From the IMG/VR virus record IMGVR_UViG_3300045988_001123, positions 1 through 5,612 of that record: 5,612 bases of DNA; one strand, written 5' to 3'. The notes beneath the pieces are model-generated. The model was not told the DNA's origin. It saw only the letters and a list, made by a program, of their open reading frames with translations, and ran no database searches. The position numbers were made by a program, and so were the translations under genes. Positions 1 through 4,892 of the stretch are shown here, one piece after another. Each line of letters opens with the position of its first letter. Positions within the stretch are counted from its first letter, which is position 1. The stretch comes from a virus.

Positions 1-55
1 ACTGGTACAATGCAGCGCAAAGCTGGCAGCAGATGCTCAGTTCTACACAAATGAC
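1..55. repeat. Terminal redundancy copy 1 (identical to 5558-5612), an assembly signature of a circular genome
   Basis: Base-by-base comparison: actggtacaatgcagcgcaaagctggcagcagatgctcagttctacacaaatgac occurs at both ends of the window. Confidence 0.97.
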
Positions 56-200
56 GCCTTACGGACTGCAAAAGGCCTTAACAGAAATCGGAGAAGATAC
101 AAGCAAAGCAATTGACAAAAACGTACCAAAAGGAAGCGAAAAACACAAAAGTAAGGCCGGAGTAACGCACGGCGGAAAAGGCGGTGATATTAAAAAGTGA
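1..200 (+). CDS. VP2 minor capsid / DNA pilot protein, C-terminal part (continuation of 4921-5612 across the circular junction; first full codon at 3; stop TGA 198-200)
   Basis: The frame is open from the window start (W Y N A A Q S W Q Q M L S S T Q M T P Y G L Q K A L T E I G E D T S K ... G G D I K K stop). It is in phase with the ORF that runs off the 3' end once the 55-nt redundancy is collapsed. Total length is 278 aa. Confidence 0.85.
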   Translation, partial: WYNAAQSWQQMLSSTQMTPYGLQKALTEIGEDTSKAIDKNVPKGSEKHKSKAGVTHGGKGGDIKK

Positions 201-1216
201 GTTGTTACAAACCGTTAATACGGCTGTACAACCCGGAAAACAAAGACATAAGCGGGCGGGTGTATTCACTTGCCCGCTTTTCTGAAATATCGGGAAAACA
301 GCTCAAATATGAAGATTTGATGTACAGAAAAGACGTAATGTTGATACCATGCGGACAGTGCATCGGATGCAGAATAAGACAAAGAGAAGACTGGGCAACA
401 CGTATAGAATTAGAAGCACGAGACTATCCGAAAGAAGAAGTGTGGTTTATCACACTAACATATGACGATGACCATGTACCAGGAATGATTGTAAAAACGG
501 GTGAAATCATGCGAAAAGTACAATACGTCTGGAAACCGGGAGAGAAGCGCCCTGAAAGCGTGCAAACGTTACTGTATACTGACGTTCAAAAGTTCTTAAA
601 ACGTCTCAGGAAAGCTAATAGGGGCAAACTACGCTATTTTGTGGCGGGAGAGTATGGAGAACAGACAGCAAGGCCGCATTACCACATGATACTGTATGGA
701 TGGCAACCAACAGACCTGAAACACCTGTACAAGATACAGCACAACGGATACTTCACAAGCCAATGGCTAGCAAACCTATGGGACATGGGTCAAATACAGA
801 TAGCACAAGCAGTGCCAGAAACATATAGATATGTTGCAGGGTACGTCACAAAAAAAATGTACGAGATAGACGGCCAAAAAGCAAACGCATACTATGAGCT
901 AGGGCAACAAAAGCCTTTTGCATGTATGAGTCTCAAGCCAGGCTTAGGAGACCACTATTATCAAGAACACAAAGCGGAAATCTGGAAACAAGGATATATC
1001 CAATGCACAAACGGCAAGCGAGCACAAATTCCGCGTTATTATGAAAAAATGATGGAAGCCGAAAACCCACAAAGATTGTGGAGAATTAAACAGAACAGAC
1101 AAGCAGCAGCAATAGCAGAAAACCGACTAAAGTATGAAAACACAGACTTTGCAGAACAGTGCAAGACAAAAGAAAGGGTGATAAAGAAGCAAATGAAGAA
1201 GAGAGGGACAATCTAA
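197..1216 (+). CDS. VP4 replication initiation protein (HUH rolling-circle endonuclease, Microviridae A/VP4 family)
   Basis: 339-aa ORF with a GTG start. Extended SD AAGGCGGTGAT at 178-188 lies 8 nt upstream. The N-terminus MSCYKP...IPCGQCIGCR matches the typical gokushovirus VP4. Motif 1 is WFITLTYDD, the HUH motif PHYHMILYG has codons 677-685, and the double-tyrosine motif is YVAGYVTKK (Tyr codons 830-832 and 842-844; compare phiX174 A YVAKYVNKK). Confidence 0.92.
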   Translation: MSCYKPLIRLYNPENKDISGRVYSLARFSEISGKQLKYEDLMYRKDVMLIPCGQCIGCRIRQREDWATRIELEARDYPKEEVWFITLTYDDDHVPGMIVKTGEIMRKVQYVWKPGEKRPESVQTLLYTDVQKFLKRLRKANRGKLRYFVAGEYGEQTARPHYHMILYGWQPTDLKHLYKIQHNGYFTSQWLANLWDMGQIQIAQAVPETYRYVAGYVTKKMYEIDGQKANAYYELGQQKPFACMSLKPGLGDHYYQEHKAEIWKQGYIQCTNGKRAQIPRYYEKMMEAENPQRLWRIKQNRQAAAIAENRLKYENTDFAEQCKTKERVIKKQMKKRGTI

Positions 1217-1237
1217 CGGTATCACTAACGGTGTCAC
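1214..1237 (+). repeat. Tandem 12-mer TAACGGTATCAC / TAACGGTGTCAC spanning the VP4 stop codon
   Basis: Two adjacent 12-nt units differ at one position. The second contains GGTGtCACC, a 4+4 inverted repeat. Confidence 0.8.
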
Positions 1238-1239
1238 CT

Positions 1240-1276
1240 AGCCCAGTACCTATCAAGTAAGGTACTGGGCTTTTGT
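1240..1276 (+). terminator. Rho-independent terminator downstream of VP4
   Basis: Perfect stem aGCCCAGTACC (1240-1250) pairs with GGTACTGGGCt (1261-1271). The loop is about 8-10 nt and is followed by TTTTGT. It lies 24 nt after the VP4 stop. Confidence 0.8.
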
Positions 1277-1327
1277 CGTCTAAAGGCTCCATATATCAAA
1301 CTATTCAGTCTATCAAATTACTAAATC

Positions 1328-1381
1328 TATAGCGCACGTGCGCACACGCGCGATAGCGCGCACGCGCGCACGCGCGCTATA
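1328..1381. repeat. GC-rich imperfect palindrome / long hairpin with two alternating purine-pyrimidine tracts
   Basis: Pairing position i with 2709-i gives 21 Watson-Crick pairs out of 25, in blocks of 8 bp, 7 bp, an isolated pair at 1345/1364, and 5 bp, with mismatches at 1336, 1344, 1346 and 1347. The tetraloop is ATAG (1353-1356). The perfect 12-bp palindrome GCGCACGTGCGC lies at 1332-1343. Strict Pu/Py alternation runs over 1332-1352 (21 nt) and 1356-1377 (22 nt). The element is flanked by TATA...TATA. Confidence 0.9.
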
Positions 1382-1476
1382 ATATTAACTTGTTGTAGAA
1401 GTAGTAGTAGGCAATGTGGAAAAGTTGATAAGTGCTAAAATTTAACGTTAAAGCGTAAATAAAAAGCAAAAAACAG

Positions 1477-1588
1477 TGTTGAAAGATTTGTTGAAAATTT
1501 GTTGAAATGTTGAAAGTTCGTCAAAATGACGGAAATCATTGTGCAATATTTTGTTGAAAACCTGTTGAAACTGTTAAAACTGTTGAAA
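1477..1588 (+). repeat. Iteron-like array: 8 direct copies of TGTTGAAA in two clusters
   Basis: Perfect copies start at 1477, 1489, 1500, 1508, 1552, 1563 and 1581. The variant TGTTAAAA starts at 1572. Within-cluster spacing is 8-12 nt. The clusters are separated by a 36-nt spacer containing the palindrome CGTCAaaaTGACG (1519-1531). Degenerate copies may lie upstream (tgttgtagaa 1391-1400, agttgata 1423-1430). Confidence 0.9.
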
Positions 1589-1680
1589 ACGCGCACAGCG
1601 CTAAAAATGAATGGATTAGCCGAGTTCCGCATGCGCTCCACACGGCAAGGCGCTAAAGCGCCATTCAAACCAAAAAACAA

Positions 1681-1709
1681 TTGACGTGTGGCAAAATATA
1701 TGATACAAT
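1681..1709 (+). promoter_or_regulatory. Sigma70/SigA-type promoter with extended -10
   Basis: The -35 is TTGACG (1681-1686). The spacer is 17 nt and ends in TGa. The -10 is TACAAT (1704-1709). The promoter sits about 25 nt upstream of the first gene of the long + strand gene block. Confidence 0.7.
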
Positions 1710-1734
1710 ACACAATAGAAAGCGAGGGAGCAAG

Positions 1735-2124
1735 ATGATTAAAAGCTACATCATGGACACAGACGCAAACGAAAAAGTAGGTCAACACTTTAAAGTGCGA
1801 GAATTTGCATGCAAAGATGGCTCGCAAGTCGTGTTCATCGACAGCTATTTAGTGTCCATTCTGGATATCCTCAGAAACCAAGTCGGTAAGCCAGTATACA
1901 TAAACAGCGGATACAGGACACCGACAAGGAATAAAAAGGTAGGCGGTGCAAAGTACTCATACCACATGCGAGGAATGGCAGCAGACATCCGGATTGAAGG
2001 CATGACCGCAAAAGAAATTGCCGACAAACTGAATAAAATCATTCCGTCTGGATGCGGCATTATCGTGTACAACACATGGGTACACATTGACACACGTACC
2101 AAAACCTACAGAAAGGGGGTATAA
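1735..2124 (+). CDS. Zn-dependent peptidoglycan peptidase, M15 / LAS superfamily (Peptidase_M15_3-like), putative endolysin
   Basis: 129 aa from ATG 1735, with SD GAGGGAG at 1724-1730. Motifs seen: FKVREFACKDG, SGYRTPTRNKKVGGAKYSYHMRGMAAD and WVHIDTR. These give the H-x6-D...H zinc triad (H77 codon 1963-1965, D84, H117). No signal peptide or TM segment is visible. Confidence 0.8.
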   Translation: MIKSYIMDTDANEKVGQHFKVREFACKDGSQVVFIDSYLVSILDILRNQVGKPVYINSGYRTPTRNKKVGGAKYSYHMRGMAADIRIEGMTAKEIADKLNKIIPSGCGIIVYNTWVHIDTRTKTYRKGV

Positions 2125-2125
2125 G

Positions 2126-2248
2126 ATGGCGCTTATTTCCATTAAAGACGTCAAGCAGGCAATTCGTCTAATGATGCAGATTTTGGAAAAGCTTGACGAA
2201 ATCTATCACGCATTGCATGACAGCATCAACGAAAACGAAAAGGAGTAA
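2126..2248 (+). CDS. Hypothetical 40-aa protein (below the ORF-track cutoff)
   Basis: ATG 2126 lies 1 nt after the peptidase stop, with SD AAGGGGG at 2113-2119 (6-nt spacing). The translation is MALISIKDVKQAIRLMMQILEKLDEIYHALHDSINENEKE, an amphipathic helix with an acidic tail. Its last codons carry the SD of the next gene. Confidence 0.5.
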   Translation: MALISIKDVKQAIRLMMQILEKLDEIYHALHDSINENEKE

Positions 2249-2252
2249 AGCC

Positions 2253-2480
2253 ATGATGCACAAAACATGGAACGTAAGAGACCAGACCAAAGAAGAACTG
2301 GAAAAGCTACTCGAGCGAAAATACAAAGAAATCGATAGCAATTACAAAATGGTTAAAAAGGTGTCAAACATCGAAGACGCTAAAAAGCTCATAGATGAAA
2401 TTTGGCAAATGAAAAACTTTGCAAATGCTATAGAAATGGAACTAATCAGAAGGGAGTATAACGATGGCACAGCATCGTAA
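2253..2480 (+). CDS. Hypothetical 75-aa charged, probably helical/coiled-coil protein
   Basis: ATG 2253 is preceded by AAGGAG (2240-2245, 7-nt spacing). The track's TTG 2193 start has no SD and would overlap the upstream ORF. The sequence MMHKTWNVRDQTKEELEKLLERKYKEIDSNYKM... carries no motif I recognise. Confidence 0.6.
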   Translation: MMHKTWNVRDQTKEELEKLLERKYKEIDSNYKMVKKVSNIEDAKKLIDEIWQMKNFANAIEMELIRREYNDGTAS

Positions 2481-2586
2481 GAAGATGAACGGCGCAAAAG
2501 ACCGCCGAATGTTCAACGTAACAGCACGAAAGACCAAAACGATTAACCTCAGCCAAAAGCCCATGCGCGGCGGAATTCGGCTGTAA
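2464..2586 (+). CDS. Small basic DNA-binding/packaging protein (gokushovirus VP8 / phiX174 J-like)
   Basis: The ORF is 40 aa and below the track cutoff. ATG 2464 has SD AGGGAG at 2451-2456 (7-nt spacing). The translation MAQHRKKMNGAKDRRMFNVTARKTKTINLSQKPMRGGIRL is Lys/Arg-rich. Its C-terminal PMRGGIRL resembles the RGG(I/R)R(F/L) ending I recall for Chlamydia-phage and SpV4 ORF8 proteins. Confidence 0.7.
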   Translation: MAQHRKKMNGAKDRRMFNVTARKTKTINLSQKPMRGGIRL

Positions 2587-2602
2587 GAGAAAGGAAAGAA
2601 CA

Positions 2603-2842
2603 ATGGAACATCTGTACTATGGAGTCTACGACAGCGTGGCAAAATGCTATGCATGGGTAGGTGAGAGCAAAAACAACGGAACCTTTGCACGGATGTGCGA
2701 AACGATGCAGAAGGACAAGAGCACGTTCATCGGGCAATCCCCGACCGATTATGTGGGCTACAGACTGGCGTCCTTCAACGATGAAACCGGCGAGTTTTAC
2801 AACGGCAAAGAAAAAGTGTGGGAGGGCAAGCCGAATGAATAA
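2603..2842 (+). CDS. Conserved gokushovirus small non-structural protein (VP5-like)
   Basis: 79 aa, with the purine-rich SD-like AAAGGAAAG at 2590-2598. The pattern YGVYDSVAKCY...NNGTFARMC...SPTDYVGYRLASFNDETGEF matches the Y/FxVxDxxA...A-R-F...DY-L...G-FDD-TG pattern I recall for the small protein encoded between VP4 and VP3 in gokushoviruses. This is recalled from memory, not searched. Confidence 0.6.
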   Translation: MEHLYYGVYDSVAKCYAWVGESKNNGTFARMCETMQKDKSTFIGQSPTDYVGYRLASFNDETGEFYNGKEKVWEGKPNE

Positions 2843-3233
2843 ACGATACGAGGAAGGGCGAGAGCCCTTCTTTTCAAATTCAGGCGAAAAGCTGCAAAAA
2901 CAATACGTCTGGACAAAGGACGAAAAAGGCCAAGAAAAGCTGCTGGAAACCGAGCCAATCGACATCCAGCAGGAAATTGAAAGCTATTCGGATGAATGTG
3001 ATATCAAAAGCATTGTCCGAAAAGCAAGTTTTGACCCACAGTTTCTGAAAAGTCTGTCGGAGGGAGCATTAAACGATACATACACGGATATTACGGAATT
3101 TCCGCAGAACATTCACGAGTACCATCGAATGGTAGCGACCGCACAGGCAAACGCCATGAAACTCGAAGAACTGCAAAAAATGGCAGCAGCAGAACCGGAA
3201 GCAAAGGAAGAAGAAAAGGAGGAAGAAAAGTGA
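2835..3233 (+). CDS. VP3 internal scaffolding protein
   Basis: 132 aa from ATG 2835, with SD GGGAGGG at 2820-2826. The start overlaps the upstream gene by 8 nt (ATGAATAA). The gene lies immediately upstream of VP1. The motif IESYSDECDIKSIVRK...YTDITEFPQNIHEY is typical of the gokushovirus scaffold. The tail is acidic (EEEKEEEK). Confidence 0.75.
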   Translation: MNKRYEEGREPFFSNSGEKLQKQYVWTKDEKGQEKLLETEPIDIQQEIESYSDECDIKSIVRKASFDPQFLKSLSEGALNDTYTDITEFPQNIHEYHRMVATAQANAMKLEELQKMAAAEPEAKEEEKEEEK

Positions 3234-4882
3234 ATCGAAACAACGAAAGACACTTTAATCAGATTCCAGAAATGAAAGCAAGTCGAACGCGGTTCAACCG
3301 CGACCAGACAATTTTAACAACGTTCGATTCCGGCAAGCTGATTCCATTCTATGTTGACGAGGTATTACCGGGCGATACCTTCAACGTAAATACAGCAGCA
3401 ATTGTTCGAATGAGTACACCGAAGTATCCGGTGATGGACGATGCATTCATTGACTTCTACTACTTCTATTGTCCAAACCGAATCCTATGGGATAATTTCA
3501 AGCAGTTCATGGGAGAAGTAGAGCAAACACCGTGGATGCCGAAAAAAGACTATAAAGTGCCCATGATCGTCATCAACGGAAAAAAAGAAAATCCGGAACC
3601 GTATGAAGGATCAATCCTAGATTACATGGGAGTCCCAACGAAAATTGAAAACATTTTTAAAGTAAACGCACTACCAATCAGAGCATATGTAAAAATCTGG
3701 AATGAATTTTTCAGAGATGAAAACGTAGATAATGCAGCAACCATCAAAACCGATGACAGCAACATAAATTATCAAGACGGCAAAGAAAGCGAAAGCGATA
3801 TAGACCAAATCTTACTAAAAGCAATAGGCGGTGGCAGATGCTTACCAGTAAACAAATTCCATGACTACTTCACAAGCTGCCTACCTTATCCTCAGCGCGG
3901 GCCAGCAGTAACACTGCCGATGGAAGGTAATGCACCAGTATTTGGATATAGCGTCTTCCAAGATAACGTCAAAACAACAGATAAAATAATCCTAAACCAG
4001 CCGTGGCCAGCAAACGGCACAACGGACTTTTCAAACGCGGAAAAAGCGGGAAAACTGACAGGAAAAGGCACAGTCGAAGGAGGTAGCTACATCGCACAAG
4101 CATTCCTAAAAGCAGACCTCAGCAATGTAACCGCAGCAACCATCAACGACTTAAGAAAAGCCGTAGCAGTACAGCAGTACTACGAAGCGCTCGCACGAGG
4201 CGGCAGCCGATACCGCGAACAGGTACAAGCACTGTGGAATGTAACTATCAGCGACAAAACGGTACAGATCCCAGAATACCTGGGCGGCGGCAGATACCAC
4301 ATCAATATCAACCAAATCGTGCAGACAGCGGAAAACGATAAGTCACCGCTGGGCGAAACTGGTGCAATGTCAGTGACGCCGATAAACGAAAGCTCTTTTA
4401 CCAAATCTTTTGAAGAGCATGGATTTGTAATTGGTGTCTGTTGTGTGCGACACAATCGCAGTTACCAGCAAGGCTTGGAGCGTTTCTGGAGTCGAGAAGA
4501 CAGACTGGACTACTATGTACCGCAGTTTGCAAATCTAGGCGAACAGCCCGTAAAGAAAAAGGAAATCATGTTGACCGGCACGACAGCGGACGAAGAAACG
4601 TTCGGTTATCAGGAGGCCTGGGCGGACTACCGAATGAAACCAAACCGGGTAAGCGGCCTCATGCGAAGCAACGCAACAGGCACGTTGGACTTCTGGCACT
4701 ACGCAGACAATTATTCAACCGTACCAACACTGTCGCAAGGCTGGATGCAAGAAGGCAAGACCGAAATTGCACGCACACTCGTCGTGCAGAATGAGCCGCA
4801 ATTTTTCGGCGCTATCCGAGTAGCAAACAAAACCACAAGACGGATGCCGTTGTACAGTGTACCGGGCTTGTACAAACTGTAA
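3230..4882 (+). CDS. VP1 major capsid protein (Microviridae F/VP1 family)
   Basis: 550 aa with a GTG start and SD AAGGAGG at 3216-3222 (7-nt spacing). Hallmarks seen: HFNQIP...RTRFNRDQTILTTFDSGKLIPFYVDEVLPGDTF, HDYFTSCLPYPQRG, INDLRKA...ARGGSRY and IPEYLGGG. Confidence 0.95.
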   Translation: MNRNNERHFNQIPEMKASRTRFNRDQTILTTFDSGKLIPFYVDEVLPGDTFNVNTAAIVRMSTPKYPVMDDAFIDFYYFYCPNRILWDNFKQFMGEVEQTPWMPKKDYKVPMIVINGKKENPEPYEGSILDYMGVPTKIENIFKVNALPIRAYVKIWNEFFRDENVDNAATIKTDDSNINYQDGKESESDIDQILLKAIGGGRCLPVNKFHDYFTSCLPYPQRGPAVTLPMEGNAPVFGYSVFQDNVKTTDKIILNQPWPANGTTDFSNAEKAGKLTGKGTVEGGSYIAQAFLKADLSNVTAATINDLRKAVAVQQYYEALARGGSRYREQVQALWNVTISDKTVQIPEYLGGGRYHININQIVQTAENDKSPLGETGAMSVTPINESSFTKSFEEHGFVIGVCCVRHNRSYQQGLERFWSREDRLDYYVPQFANLGEQPVKKKEIMLTGTTADEETFGYQEAWADYRMKPNRVSGLMRSNATGTLDFWHYADNYSTVPTLSQGWMQEGKTEIARTLVVQNEPQFFGAIRVANKTTRRMPLYSVPGLYKL

Positions 4883-4885
4883 GAA

Positions 4886-4891
4886 AGGAGG
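4886..4891 (+). promoter_or_regulatory. Shine-Dalgarno AGGAGG lying 29 nt upstream of the VP2 ATG, separated from it by a hairpin
   Basis: This is the only SD-like element between the VP1 stop (4880-4882) and ATG 4921. The 8 nt directly before the ATG are attttaa-like and have no SD. Confidence 0.55.
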
Positions 4892-4892
4892 A

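Noticed and set aside
1395-1410. Short GTA trinucleotide run (gtagaagtagtagtag)
   Set aside because: It has only about 3-4 units and no evident function. It may be a degenerate relative of the TGTTGAAA motif (tgttgtagaa), but that cannot be demonstrated.
1441-1452. Perfect 12-bp palindrome TTTAACGTTAAA
   Set aside because: It is a short AT-rich palindrome in an AT-rich stretch, so chance occurrence is plausible. No flanking features support a specific role.
1477-1588. Possibility that the repeat array is a CRISPR array, or a set of Spo0A boxes
   Set aside because: The repeats are only 8 nt, with 0-4 nt gaps inside each cluster and one 36-nt gap between the clusters, which is nothing like CRISPR repeat-spacer geometry. 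TGTTGAA resembles the 0A box TGTCGAA, but every copy carries the same mismatch at the conserved C, so it is a distinct consensus. The idea cannot be supported from sequence alone.
1591-1662. Small GC hairpins GCGCacaGCGC (1591-1601) and GGCGCtaaaGCGCC (1649-1662) as possible terminators or an ncRNA
   Set aside because: The stems are only 4-5 bp and no T-tract follows on either strand. There is no promoter evidence for a transcript here, which is insufficient to call a feature.
1607-1684. 25-aa ORF (MNGLAEFRMRSTRQGAKAPFKPKNN) in the non-coding region
   Set aside because: It has no SD, lies upstream of the only recognisable promoter, and is very short. It is most likely non-coding.
1681-1734. 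TTG 1681 as the peptidase start, and likewise TTG 2193 for the 95-aa ORF
   Set aside because: TTG 1681 is the -35 hexamer of the promoter, so it would not be in the mRNA. In-frame ATGs with proper SDs exist at 1735 and 2253.
1435-1827. 130-aa ORF on the minus strand covering the iteron region
   Set aside because: Its repetitive peptide (FNSFNSFNRFSTK...) is simply the translated complement of the TGTTGAAA repeats. It is on the strand that Microviridae do not use for coding, has no SD, and runs through the + strand promoter and the peptidase start.
2661-2834. Upstream extension of the VP3 frame (GTG 2661, ATGs at 2751 and 2781) overlapping the VP5-like gene
   Set aside because: None of these starts has an SD, whereas ATG 2835 has GGGAGGG at ideal spacing. 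The extension encodes a low-complexity basic sequence typical of an off-frame read-through of a real gene.
4441-4794. 117-aa arginine-rich ORF in an alternative + frame inside VP1, a possible phiX174-style overlapping gene
   Set aside because: It starts at TTG with no convincing SD, has no internal ATG, and I recognise no motif. The + strand is T-poor, so alternative frames are depleted in stop codons and long spurious ORFs are expected. It would only be worth revisiting if the frame is conserved in relatives.
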